DNA from: Octopus vulgaris
Taxonomy: Eukaryota
Reading direction: 5' to 3'
DNA length: 64,000 bases
Assembly: GCA_951406725.2 (NCBI GenBank)
Contig: OX597820.1
Location: forward strand, 95,480,001-95,544,000
Position numbers and translations under genes: made by a program. Shown here piece after piece: positions 14,860-27,232 of the stretch. The notes beneath the pieces were generated by a model. It did not search any database, was not told where the DNA came from, and was given only the letters and a program-made list of their open reading frames with translations. Each line of letters starts with the position of its first letter. Position 1 is the first letter of the stretch.

Positions 14860-15045
14860 TCTCAGGTAAGCTTTGTAAGAGCAAGTCTAAGATACAAGAC
14901 TTTGTAACCGTGGTCATCCATTTTTTCATTAGCAGTGTATCTATGACCATGTTAATCAACGTGTTATGTAGTTTGAGGGAAATTTGGCTGCAATTTTTGC
15001 ATGTCGAGCGGCAATTAGAAGCTTTTCTCTTTTGTCAAGCCTTCA
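14860..15045 (+). repeat. Unclassified dispersed repeat (core tttgagggaaatttggctgctatttctagc); other copies near 7090-7300, 8780-8940, 49120-49300, 55020-55100, 56790-56970 and 57150-57220
   Basis: The core motif recurs on both strands; no coding signal or clear termini seen. Confidence 0.5.
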
Positions 15046-15821
15046 GTTGAGTGATGAGACCACATACAACCTATTTTATCGAAATCAAGTATATTCATTT
15101 GTCTTTGTAATTGTCCTGGGGCAATTGCTAAATCTTATGTTGTATCTGTTTTCTTGATTAATCCATGTTTTATCTATTTTGATAATCATTTTACTTTTCA
15201 GGTGTTTATATTTATTTGTAATGCTAAATGTGTTTGAAATTTTTTAAGAAGCATTGTTAAAGTGGCAGCTGTTCCTTTCAAATATTTGTTTGTTTCATGG
15301 TGTACAATCACTGAGTACAGCTTATTGTATTGTAACTCCTTGTAAAAAAGTGTTTAGCTTTGTGTATAAATGTCTAATCGTGTAAAGCTTCTATTGTCAA
15401 TGAAAATATAAACGAGATGGGTGTCAAATTTGTGCGGTGCTATCTGTGTTTTGTTAGTAATTTTCATGTTTTTATGACTAGCTTTATGGATCTCTTACAA
15501 TTTTCAGTTTATCAAATGGAAACTGTAGCGTAGCTGTCTGAGAAAATTACTTGAGTGCTTTTCGCTTTTATTGTCACCAACTACGACATAAACAACGACA
15601 ACAGTAGAACAATAAATAACACGAACATTAAGAACAGTATTCCTATAATATATAAATGCAGTACTCTGTCAAATGCTGTTTCGTATTAGGCGATACGTAA
15701 TGCTTTTATTCTGCCTCTTATCTTATTATTTTGTTAGATGCATTAATAGTTGACCATTCGATACGTACATGCTCCACCATCAGCTACTTCACAGCTGTAT
15801 ATAGTTTTGCTTAGTAATAAT

Positions 15822-16191
15822 CGTGGCACTCCGTCGGTTACGACGACGAGAATTCCAGCTGTTCCGATCAACAGAACTGCCTGCTCGGGAAATTAACGTG
15901 CAAGTGGATGAGTACTCCACAGACACGTGTACCCTTAACGTAGTTCTAGAGGAGATTCAGCGTGACACGGAGTGTAACAAGGTTCGAAACATAGGTACAA
16001 CAGAAACAGGAAGAAAAAGTGAAAGTTGTGGTGAAAGAGTACGGTAGGGTTGGATCCCCCCCCCTGCCGGAGATCGTGGAGCTTTAGGTGCTTTCGCTTA
16101 ATAAACACTCACAACGTCCGGTCTGGGAATCGAAACCGCAATACTACGACCGCGAGCCCGCTGCCCTAACCACTGGGCGATTGCGCCTCCA
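15822..16191 (-). mobile_element. tRNA-derived SINE (family B) with 12-bp TSD
   Basis: Head ggaggcgcaatcgcccagtggttagggcagcg with A/B-box-like motifs; CTTAGTAATAAT at 15810-15821 and 16192-16203. Confidence 0.9.
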
Positions 16192-16599
16192 CTTAGTAAT
16201 AATATCAGGCTCTTGCATAAAGTAGATATTGTGTGTGGCTGGCCTAAATTTTGATAGTACCATTATTTTCTCTGTTGTGTGCCATGCTAGTATTTGAGCT
16301 CGACAGTTACTTCATTAAAATATCATGAACAAGCATTTAGGTGTTTTATTCAAGAAGTTTTGCATTCAATGTATTCCAGGCAACTTTCAGTTTTTCTCCA
16401 CTTCTGTTTTATATCTGCTGCCATAATATTTGTATATTTATGTTGTCTTTACATGTTTCAATTTTTCTTTTGTTCTATATATTATTTAATTTGTTTTATG
16501 TTTTTTTCTACTTGTCATATTTTCTTCAAAATATTTGCATTTTTTTTTGTCGGACTATTCTTTATTTTTATAGTTTGATCTTTGATTCTTTGTAAATAT

Positions 16600-17240
16600 T
16601 TTGGTTTGCCTTCTTGAAACATTTTATTTTGCTTGAATTATTTGATTATTTTGTCAAAACTTACATATTCGCTAAAATTTTATTCGTTAAATCTTTTATT
16701 AATCTGTCGCTTCTTCCTTTGAATTCCCGTTCATTCTTAATTTCAAGTCTTCAAGTCTGCTTTTTTTTGTTGGTTGACATTTAGCGCTTTTATTTATTTT
16801 CATATACACTCACACATGTTCTGACTTTCTTATTTTATAGTCTTCAATTTATATCCTGTTGAAATGTTTGCTTTCAGTCTGGTTCTGTTGTATGTTTTCT
16901 TGTTTTCTCAAAGATTTTTACACAGCTGCTTCAGTTAATATATGCTGTGGTGTACATTAGTTGATCTTTTTACCTTATATTTAAATCATTTATTTGCTGT
17001 GTCTAAACGGCAAATTGTTTGCTTGATAAAGGATATGTTTTATGTAATAAGATATTCTGGTCGTTTGTGGTCGGTTTTCTAATAACATGAATTTTATCGT
17101 GCAAAGTTTTGATTAATTTTCTCCATCATAGTTTAATGATGTTCGTGTTGACACTAGAGGTTTAATATAATTCCGATTTTGTTGTACTAAGTCTGGTGTT
17201 GTTTGTGTGGGCTAACATGTGGGAATACTATCTTTGGTAG
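16600..17240 (-). pseudogene. Highly decayed Penelope-like element ORF fragment
   Basis: Minus strand has IRKPTTNDQNI (YRKPT-like) and a downstream GIY-YIG-like stretch; many disruptions. Confidence 0.35.
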
Positions 17241-18774
17241 TCTTCCTGCCGAATCGTTTCCAAGACAATTTGTCTACCACTGATATCAATCTGGCACCAA
17301 ATTCTCATCGGTGACTCTTCGAACATGCGTCAATGCATCACCTAGTTAGCTGGCTGACTAAAGCAGACTAACGGTGACCGATAAGTTTTAAATTCATGGT
17401 GAAATCCTTCAAAGGTTTTTGTACCCTGTGCATGTGGAGGCTGGAATTGCTTGGATGGAAGCCAACCATCAGTGGTTAATTTTCAATCAACAGAAAGACG
17501 ATATCCAGCACCTGATCTGTGGGACACTTAACTCAGAGCATGGTCATTCTACTATATCCGTGTCACTGTGTCATAGCTCTAGTTGTTTCGGTTTGACTTG
17601 CTTGTAACCCAGGGAGTCAGGGACGGTAGAGTGAGGCTAGTCGTCAAGCCTTGCCCTTTTCGAAGGGTACTTTTGTAGTTGGATAGAATAAAAGATTTAG
17701 TATAGGTGGAAGCAGTCACGAAACTCTGATCGCTTGTGCAGTTGCATCTTTCGTTCTTCATACTCTTTAAGAAGTGCTGTGGATGTATATAGCGGTCACC
17801 TTCCAAAACAAAGAATGAACAAGAAAGAAGATTTATGTTCTGCAGAGATTTAGTATGGATGGTATAGCTGTTATATTCTGTTCTGTCGTGGCCAGTATTT
17901 TTATCGTACTTTAATGTGAATTATTCCTCTATAATTTCTCTTTTTCTTCAAATTTTTCTCTTCTACCTAGGATATTTATCCTTTTAAAATATTCTTTTTT
18001 AAATTTGACAGTGTGAACGGCGATTTCAATTGTCTTTTCATCATATTTATGAGGTCGATTCCGCGATATTTCCTGAAGGTTTTAATTAGATAGTTAAGGG
18101 GCTTTTTATAAACTCATTTCTGTTGCTCAACACTGTCACTTAACATTGTCAATCAATACTGGACCATTTCTGTCACACATTCTCGTTTTTATCTTTATTT
18201 TTAGTGCTTCTATTTTTAATCATAAGTCTTATTTCTGAACATTTTCCGTACTTATTTTTCGATTTCAAAGAACTTTACAGTTATATCAGCTTTAAATCTG
18301 ATACTACATGTGTTAAAAATCATATTATTAATTTCATAATTAACTTTAGTTTCACTGAAATTATTGCAAATTTTCAAATTTGATTGCTGGCTATATATTT
18401 TGCTTCACATGATGGCAATAAATCACCGTACAGCAAACGAACAATTATAGCAGTAATCATCAAATTATATCAACGTATCTTTAAAATATTAATTTCCGGA
18501 ACTACATAAAGATTTTATTTGCTAACACTTAGTTGCAATGTATTATGCGTAGGTATATTATTTGATACTAGCATACCCGTGTCATCAAAAATGCCGCCAA
18601 TTTTATTAATGATACAAAATGGCGCATCCACACACAATGAGGGAAACCATTGATAAATGTCAGCAATGTAGTAAGCATATGAATATACAGAGAATTAATG
18701 CACTTGAAAAATCAGATACGGTTGTATCGCCTCGATTGAAAATATCGTTCACATGATACATGTGTGTCTGCATG

Positions 18775-18826
<52 letters not shown>

Positions 18827-18990
18827 AAAGAGGAAATGGGCGCAAAACCCAGATTAGTACAGCTGCAGAAAACAGTGTTATTAGGGGCAGCTAGGATACT
18901 TAGGATGGTTCTGGGCATCTAAGGTTACTTGCTGTAACCCGATAGGAAGGTTCTTGGCATTTAAGGCAACTTTTTGTAGCCTGATGTTAG

Positions 18991-19987
18991 GATTCTTTTC
19001 TTTTCCAAGTGTAATCTTTCTACTATAGGCACAAGGCCTGAAATTTTGGAGGAAGGCACTGGTCAATTACATCGACCCTTGAATTTCACTGGTACTTAAG
19101 TTATCGATCGCGAAAGAATGAAAGGAAAAGTCGACCTCGGCGGAATTTGAATTCAGAAGTAAAGATGGACGAAATGCCCTAAACCCTTTGCCCGGCGTGC
19201 TAACGCCACCAAGAAAAGAAAGAGGAGGAGAGGAAGTAGAAGAAGGTGATGGTGATGATGACGATCAACAAGACAAGAAAACTATGACTATAATAAATAA
19301 AAAGAGCAAAATGTAAGACAAAAGGAAATGAGCAATAAGTGAATGAAATGAAGAAAATTTTCTCTACTATAAAAATTATCGAGAGCAATCACTCGAACTG
19401 ATTATCTTACATCTCTGGAAGCACTCCGTCGGTTACGACGACGAGGGTTCCGGTTGATCCGAATCAACGGAACAGCCTGCTCGTGAAATTAACGTGTAAG
19501 TGGCTGAGCACTCCACAGACACGTGTACCCTTAACGTAGTTCTCGGGGATATTCAGCGTGACACAGAGAGTGACAAGGCCGGCCCTTTGAAATACAGGTA
19601 CAACAGAAACAGGAAGTAAGAGTGAGAGAAAGTTGTGGTGAAAGAGTACAGCAGGGATCACCACCATCCCTGCCGGAGCCTCGTGGAGCTTTAGGTGTTT
19701 TCGCTCAATAAACACTCACAACGCCCGGTCTGGGAATCGAAACCGCGATCCTACGACCGCGAATCCGCTGCCCTAACCACTGGGCCATTGTGACTCCACT
19801 ATTATCTTACATATAACAAAATGCAATGTGCGACCTCCCGTTTGTGCTAGAGGGGAAAAAAGAGAAAAGAACAACAAACGGAGTTTATATATATATAGCG
19901 AGAAAGAGAGAGAGGGAGGGATAGAGATGTATCCATATATAAATCTGTGTGTGTATATATATATACATATATATATGTGTGTGTGTG

Positions 19988-20064
<77 letters not shown>

Positions 20065-20744
20065 ATCATTTACTATATAATAGGGCCGACCAAAGACTTG
20101 TGGACAGATTTGGTAGATGAAAGCCGACAGGAGACCTTCCTATGTATGTATGTATGTATGTATGTATGTATGTATGTATCTCTCTCTCTCTCTCTCTCTC
20201 TCTCCGTTTGTTGTTTTTCTCTTCTTTCCTTCTAGCGTAAATGGGAGGTTACACATTGCATTTTATTATATGTAATATAATCAGTTCGATCATTTTTGTA
20301 GTAGAGAAAACTTTCTTCATTTCATTCACTTATTACTCACTTCTTTTTGCCTTTTTGCTCTTTTTATTTATTATAGTTATAGTTTACTTCCCTTGTTGAT
20401 CATCATAACCATTACCTTTTCTTCTTCTTCTTCTTCTTCTTCTTCTTCTTCTTCTTCTTCTTCTTCTTCTTCTTCTTTCTTGGCGGCGTCAGCACGCCGG
20501 GCAAAGTGTTTAGGGCATTTTCCGCCGAGGTTGACTTTTTCTTTCGGGATCGATAAATTCCGCCGAGGTCGACTTTCCTTTTCATTCTTTCGGGGTCGAT
20601 AACTTAAGTACCAGTGAAATTCTGGGGTCGATGTAATTGACTAGTGCCTTCCCTCAAAATTTCAGGTCTTGTGCCTATAGTAGAAAGGATTAGTATTATT
20701 ATTCATACACACTCAACAGATTACACTTGGAAAAGAAAAGAATC
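18991..20744. repeat. Aged inverted duplication (arms 18991-19883 and 20202-20744) around a microsatellite spacer; each arm holds a family A SINE
   Basis: gattcttttcttttccaagtgtaatc (18991) mirrors gattacacttggaaaagaaaagaatc (ends 20744); acaacaaacggag (ends 19883) mirrors ctccgtttgttgt (20202). Confidence 0.85.
19413..19800 (-). mobile_element. Full-length family B SINE with 12-bp TSD
   Basis: tRNA-like head tggcccagtggttagggcagcggattcgcggtcgtaggatcgcggtttcgattccc; ATTATCTTACAT at 19401-19412 and 19801-19812. Confidence 0.92.
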
Positions 20745-20879
20745 AAAGTAGATATAAATGCCTATTTGTCATGTCTCTAGATATATTCTGTCTTCGCAAA
20801 CATTGAGCAATCAGAAATGATGCGGCCAATTACTTTCTTGTACTGACAGCACCGAATCCAGTGGCGCTTTGCCTCTCGT

Positions 20880-21245
20880 ATCAGAATTTTGTGGTTAAGT
20901 ATCGGTCCTTTGCAGCTAAAAGTAGATTGTTTGTTTCTGTTTTTAGTCCAGATATTTTTAGCTACTATTAGCTCTGAATGATGTATTTCCTTTTTGTCTA
21001 ATTCTTGCTGGATAATGTGGGCTTTGAAGCTCTTTTTTAAAATCTAATTTTAATTTATATAGTGGTCTGGCTTCTGAATGTAGTTAGCAGTTTTCTTTTC
21101 TAACCTCGTCAATTCACATGATGTCCAATTTATTTTATTGAAGTAATGGTTTATAATTGGAATGGTTAGTGTATTTATACTTAGTATCCTATTAGTTGCA
21201 TTGAATTTAGTTTTTATTATTAGTCTGACTCCTCTGTAACGCATT
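20880..21245 (-). pseudogene. R4/Dong-clade non-LTR retrotransposon fragment
   Basis: IIKTKFNATNRILSINTLTIPIINHYFNKINWT..ELTRLEKKT and GLKTETNNLLLAAKDRYLTT resemble post-RT motifs of R4/Dong ORFs. Confidence 0.6.
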
Positions 21246-21783
21246 TAAAAACAAATTTAATTACACAAACCAACACGTATTTTACTTTCAGGACGTTTTA
21301 ACCCGGTTTGAAGGTGTTTTTTATATATACAGAATCCAAAAACGGAATTAATTTTTACAATCACGTCTAGATTTCAAAATACTCAAATCCCATCAATTAT
21401 CGCAATTTTCCTCACTTTTCAGAAAAATGCATGGTTTGCCAGTGAAATTTAGCACGAGTGTTTGTGACGATGTATTTATTATTTTAGTAAGAGTGATCAA
21501 AGAAAGGCCACAGCAAACATTAGTTCTAAGGTCTTTTAATGTGGTTGAAGAACTTTTAGTTCAACTGGAAAAAAAACTATTCTACTTCTACTCCATATCA
21601 AACTTATCATGCTTTCACTATATCTGCAGCACCTTTCACGGTCTGAGCAGTGAAAAGATAAAAGGTAGAGAATTTGATGGGCCTCAAATAAGAAAATTTG
21701 ATGAAAGATAAAAACTTAATAAATTCAATTAAATGAATTCAAGCAGCAGCATGAAATTAATTTCTGGGCAACAAAAAAGCAGT

Positions 21784-22122
21784 TACGGAGATGTACTTGC
21801 ATAGCAAGTGACTTGATCTGAGATCGTGTGCTGGAACGAAAACAATTGCAGCGTGAAAGCTGTTTATAAGCCATTTAAGAAACACACAAAATCCGTTAGA
21901 TTCACTTCAACATTTAAATTTAATTTGTCAAAATAATTTCGTCGCTTTGAGACCGCGACCTGTTCACTGACAAAACTTCTTGCTGCAAGAAGTTTTGTCA
22001 GTGAACAGGTCGCGGTCTCAAAGCGACGAAAATATTTTGACAAATTAAATTTAAATGTTGAAGTGAATCTAACGGATTTTGTATGTTTCTTAAATGACTT
22101 ATAAACACCTTTCACGCTGCAA
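21784..22122. mobile_element. Penelope-type fold-back insert: 277-bp near-perfect hairpin (21846-22122, centre 21984) with 12-bp flanking direct repeat
   Basis: Arms are reverse complements with a 1-nt loop (ttcttgc-T-gcaagaa); CAAAAAAGCAGT at 21772-21783 and 22120-22131. Confidence 0.85.
21994..22044 (+). ncRNA. Hammerhead-like motif with G3/C8 swapped core (mirror at 21924-21974, minus strand)
   Basis: TTTGTCA-GTGAACA-g-GTCGC-ggtctcaaa-GCGAC-GAAA-A-ta-T-TT-TGACAAA: 7-bp stem I, 5-bp stem II, palindromic minimal stem III, UUU triplet. Confidence 0.55.
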
Positions 22123-22599
22123 AAAAGCAGTCAACTAATCTTAAATAGACGACAGTATACTGGAAAACTTTCAAACGTTGGGAGAAAGTATGAGCATAAA
22201 GCTTATCCCCACAAACACCAGTTTTGAAAAGGTTACCACTTGTAAGTAGTTAAAAAGTATCCATACACTGAAAATGGTTTATAATTTGTCCGTAGCATTT
22301 TTAACCGCTAGTGGTTTCATTTAAAAAAAAAATAATGGAGTGAAAACGAAGAAAAAATAGAGGAGATAGCGAGTCCATGAAAGATTACTCTTAAGAAGAC
22401 AGAGCTGGATCTTCTAATTTTCTTTTTGCTGTGCAGTGATCTTGTTTTCCATTTCGACACCACCTGGTTGATATACCATCTTAAAATTAGGCAGCGTAAG
22501 TGGGCTGTATGGCAGAATCGTTAGCACTTGGGTCGATGTAATTGACATATTCCTTCCATGATATTACTGGACTTGTAACAAAATTTAAAATCTATGTTG

Positions 22600-22815
22600 G
22601 GCGGCAAGTTGTCAGAATCGTTGACACACCAGACAGAATGCTTAGTGACATTTCGCCCGTCTTTGCGTTTTGAGTGCAAATTCTGCGAAGGTCGACCTAG
22701 TCTTTCAACCCATCGGATCGATAAAATATGTACAAGTTGATCACTGGAGTTGATGTAATCGGCTTACCCCTTCTCCCGAAATTGCTGGCATTGTTCCAAA
22801 ATTTGAAACCAATAT
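22600..22815 (+). mobile_element. Family A SINE (preceded by a fragment at ~22490-22590)
   Basis: ggcggcaagttgtcagaatcgtt...gtcgacctagtctttcaaccc...ccaaaatttgaaaccaat. Confidence 0.75.
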
Positions 22816-22999
22816 TAGGGCAAGTTTTCTTACGAGAAGTCCCGATAATACCTAAAAGTGTCGTATGTTGTCATGCCATGTTTATCAATTCATACTACTC
22901 TCTTGTTCACCTATAGTTACTCTTTACAAACATGCATCATTTTATGATACTCCTTCTGTTCTCCAGCTATAATTCTAGTTATAAAAAGAATGTAAGATC

Positions 23000-23330
23000 A
23001 TTTGGTATCAGACAGTAGTTGAAGATGTCTGGTGTTCTTTTTAGGATTCAATATCTTTTTCGCCTCAAGAAGAAAGTCAGGTATTGATTCTAATCCATTT
23101 AATAATTCATAGAATTCAGCTGTCGCATTTTCATGAATACTGGCTGAGTATTTATAACTAGAAACCATTCTTAAGGCATCTGTTGCTATAGAAATTATTT
23201 TTGCTTTAAATTTCATATGAAGGTTATCTTCATTTCCACATCTTTATATTTGAATAATTTCTCATAGTCTAGTGATGTATCATCTATCCTTGGCGACATC
23301 AATATATGGAAGGCTTGCATTTTATAGTGT
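23000..23330 (-). pseudogene. Decayed R4/Dong restriction-like endonuclease fragment
   Basis: IDVA...DYEKLFKYKDVEMKIT..MKFKAKIISIATDALRMV resembles the EKxxKYxDL...IPIVIGALG motif. Confidence 0.4.
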
Positions 23331-23439
23331 ATGTAATTTAATAGTCTCATTTATAAAGAATAATACAAATTATAATGCATTTGTTTAATTCCCTTTGTGC
23401 TGGTTGAATTTATGAAAAATATTATTCATTCTATTACTA

Positions 23440-24145
23440 TTATTACTTTATCATAGGTTTTGTTGGCGCTCTTGGAGTCTTGCATGCGTAGCGGACTTAC
23501 TACTTGCAGCCCTATTCGCTTTTTTCAGCTATCTCAGGATTTCCTGATTATTCTGGCCGTGCCAAGGATATAAATCTTTTATAACAGTTCTACTGGGCAC
23601 TCTATTCCAATTTCCTTTATATTTCTCTTGATGCCTTCTGATACTATTCCCAAGGACCCAACAATAATTGGCATTTTCTTCAGCTTCTTCATTTTCCAGA
23701 GCCGGGCTATTTCATATTTAAGAGGGTAGTATCTATCTATCTTTTCGCCTTCCTTCTTGATTATTCGTGGGTCAAAGGGGCATGTAGCATTAACTATATA
23801 GCATATGTGGTGCACCTTGTCCACCACCACTAAGTCCGGTCTGTTATGTTCTAGCACCTGATCTGTTTGGATTGGGAAATCTCAGAGGATTTTGCTAGTC
23901 TCCGATTCGCTACTCTCTGCGGTTTGTGCTCATACCACGTCTTGCCTCTCTCTAACCCCCACTTTTCGCACAGTTTCCAATGTAACACTTTCGCTACCTG
24001 GTCGTGTCGCCACAACTTGTAGGGCATTCGTTCGTGAATGGGCAATGGTTTCATCCACTCTATTGCAGATACAGCACAGCATAGACACTTGCTCATTCCT
24101 AAGATTGACCCTCCAGTTCGTAACCAAAGCCTGGTCTCACGCAGC

Positions 24146-24146
<1 letters not shown>
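23440..24146 (-). mobile_element. R4/Dong-clade retrotransposon 3' part (CCHC + restriction-like endonuclease) abutting (TAA)n
   Basis: CCICNRVDETIAH, WRHDQVAKVLHWKLC, EHNRPDLVVVDK...EKIDRYYPLKYEIARLW...PIIVGSLG across frameshifts; adjacent (ATT)n at 24147-24243. Confidence 0.85.
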
Positions 24147-24240
<94 letters not shown>

Positions 24241-24245
24241 TTATA

Positions 24246-24365
24246 CCGCCGGGATCGACTTTGCTTTTCTTCCTTTCGATAAATTAAGTACAATGAAACA
24301 CTGGGGTCAACTTATCCCCTCTCCTAAAAAATTTCAGACTTTGTGCCTGTAGTAGAAATGATTAT
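24246..24365 (+). mobile_element. 5'-truncated family A SINE
   Basis: ccgccgggatcgactttgcttttcttcctttcgataaattaagtac...tgtgcctgtagtagaaatgatt. Confidence 0.7.
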
Positions 24366-24918
24366 TATTATTTGATAAAACACTGGTCTTACAGGTTACT
24401 CCCACTAGCTCCTTACGATTTGTGTATAAGGTTTTCCGAAGTTCACATTGACTTCTGTACTTCTGCGATCGATACAGATACTTGAGTTGCAGATAAGTAC
24501 TGAGGTCAATATAATCGGTTGTTCCCTTCTCTTGCATTTAAAATGATAAGTTTTGTGAAAAATTAGTTTTGTTAGCAGAACCACCCCACCTTCGTCCGAT
24601 TTTCTGGTGATCGTTAGACTACATATATATATATATAATCATCCATAAAAAGTCAGGAGCTTTGAGAGGTGAATATGTTTATTTAACCACTTGACATCCT
24701 TAGGATAAAAACCGTTGCACAGCACGGAGGAAATTATGTTTACATGTTTGCATTAATATGAATGCTCGGCTTCATGCAATACAACTGCATATTTACAAAT
24801 CAATGCAAATATAGAAAGCTAGCTCGTAAAATTATCCTAATAGCATAGTTACAACAACAATTCAACGATTCAACTCAAGTATACGCACAAAAGTTTCTCT
24901 TTATATATATACAATATA

Positions 24919-25144
24919 AGGCGGCGAGCTGGCAGAAACGTTAGCACGCCGGGCGAAATGCGAAGCCGTATTTCGTCTGCCGTTACGTTCTGAGTTCAAA
25001 TTCCGCCGAGGTCGACTTTACCTTTCATCCTTTCGGGGTCGATAAATTAAGTACCAGTTCACTGGGGTCAATGTAATCGACTTAATCCGTTTGTCTGTCT
25101 TTGTTTGTCCCCTCTGTGTTTAGCCCCTTGTGGGTAGTAAAGAA
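24919..25144 (+). mobile_element. Intact family A SINE (Nin/Deu-domain-like) with 18-bp TSD
   Basis: ggcggcgagctggcagaaacgttagc...gagttcaaattcc (B box)...gaggtcgactttacctttcatcctttcggggtcgataaattaagtacc; TTATATATATACAATATA at 24901-24918 and 25145-25162. Confidence 0.92.
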
Positions 25145-25439
25145 TTATATATATACAATATATAGAAGAAGCGACTAGACAAAAATTAGCCTGGTTTGGT
25201 CAATAAAAATAAGATATATTGATTTCATGTCAATTAAAGGAGTGGATAGAAATTCTGGGAATTGATAACAACCAGGAAAAGATAAAAAGAGGAAGCAGGT
25301 AAACTAAATAAACAGTAAATATCTTTAAAAAGTATTAAAAAAATTAGATATATTATAATGAATGGCATGAGGGGTAGAGCGCTGTAGATATAAAGATTAA
25401 ACCAATAAATCGTAAGAAAAAACAAAAAACATCAAATAG

Positions 25440-27232
25440 GCGTAAAAGACAAAAAGACTGCCACAAAAGAAAATGAGGCTTTAATTAAAATCACATTTTT
25501 CGACCACACAACAAAATACTTTCTAGCCTTACGAACAGTAGGAAAACCAAAATCGTGCGTATATGTGTATGTATATATATACATACATGCATATATACAT
25601 ATATTACTGTGTGATTGACCGTTATTAAGACAAAAGAGCTATTAGAATCACCACTAAATAAGGGAAGGGGTAAAGGTATGGGAGTAAAAATGCTCATAGT
25701 AATCGCATAAGCGCGCATGTCCAAACATATACTTGCGCGCCCGCTCACCCACGTACATGTTCCTATATGTATATACTCATCCACCCTCACTTGAAACAGA
25801 CATGCTCACCCACACATTTGCCAAAAAATATAAAAATATACACATACCCGCATACACGCTCGTACACACACAAAAGAGGTTCACACACATGTCTATATAC
25901 GCACATGCACAAGAAAAAAAAGGGCTAAAAGCAAAATACAGAAAAAGTGTAAAAAGTGTAAAAAATAAGCAATAAGAATAAAAAGTAAAGGTGTAAACTT
26001 GCTCATGGCGAACGGGCATGAACGCATGTCCATACATACACATGCGCGTACGCACACCCACATACATGTGCCTATGTGCATATGCTCGTGCACACTCTCT
26101 TGAAACACACACATGCGCATCCTCACATTCGCCAAAAAATAATTTCTGCATACACGCACACACGCTCACACACACACACGCGCACAAAAAAGGTTCATAT
26201 ACACGTCTATATAAGGATATACTCGCATGCATGCACACACACACACACACACACACATCCATACGCGCGCCCCAAAAATCATATACACACCTATATACGC
26301 ACAAGAAAAATGCAGTGTGGAAGGTAAAATACAGAAAAAATATGTGTAAATAATATATGAGCAATAAACCTATACAACAATATCTCTATAAATATGTAAA
26401 AATATATAAAAATATATAAGAAATATAAGTAAAGAATATAGAGAGATAAAAAGCTTGTACGTGAACACAATATAAAAAACAAGTCCTATCTGTAATCGCG
26501 GGGACCAAAAGCGTAACAAATATTTAGCCACATATGGACATGAGCCGAAAAGTTCAGTTCTTGAATTTAGACATGTGGCGGGGTCTAAGCTGCTTTTCCA
26601 GATAAGCCATCTTTCTATATCACAAAGACCGCACTTTCCACTGCCGTTGGTGTAGGGCTTACACTGGGCTAAGATCTTCCAATCGATGTTGTAACTAACA
26701 TCATCTTTCAAGGACCATATATGACTGCATAATTTGGTCGTTTTCCTTTTATCTCAGTGCCTGAAGCTCAAGGTGTGATTATTGAACCTGGCCTTGAAAT
26801 TACCCTCCGTAAGGCCCGCGTATTTCTTCGCTGAAATCGTGTCCTTAGTGGAAAAAGAGTCCACGGTGGCTTCATAAATGATGGTCGCCAGTTAGCGGGC
26901 ACAAAGTTTTAGCGCTGCATGAACAGCTGGTTTTATTTTGTGGTTTCTGTGTGAGATTATATTTTAAAAATTAGTAGTTGAGTTGAAACTGATTTTTAAG
27001 TTATGTCTATTGAAGAGCTTTCTGTAACCATGGTTGACTGGAAAATGTCTGTCTATCAGTGCTAAGAAATACTTGCCTCTATTAAAGGACACTTCGGGTG
27101 AGTAGGGGTGTGCGAACCAGATAGTTTTCCTATACCTGTGCTTTCTTTTCTTTATTAATGGACTGGTGGTAGGTGTATAGGTTATTTCCTCGCTAAATCC
27201 ACTATCTTTTAGAGCCCAATAACTGAAGAGAT
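25440..27232 (-). mobile_element. Penelope-like element 3' part: GIY-YIG endonuclease pseudogene plus probable low-complexity 3' UTR
   Basis: ALKDSGF...RKTIWFAHPYS...FLALIDRHFP...KLFNRHNLKISF; YAGLTEGNFKARFNNH; IDWKILAQCKPYTNGSGKCGLCDIER...LNSRTELFGSC. Confidence 0.85.

Larger units (their letters stand above)
21270..22205 (+). pseudogene. DNA-transposon remnant, probably Chapaev3-like, interrupted by a palindromic insert
   Basis: CFHYICSTFHGLSSEKIKGREFDGPQIRK, then FLGNKKAV | insert | ...LENFQTLGESMSIKL. Family assignment is from recalled motifs. Confidence 0.55.

Noticed and set aside
17570-17660. Twister-like GGTTACAAGC on the minus strand
   Set aside because: Remaining conserved twister elements and pseudoknot partners not found.
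19720-19800. tRNA genes (also 16110-16191, 42220-42298, 60291-60365)
   Set aside because: These are tRNA-derived SINE heads continuing into SINE bodies, some with TSDs.
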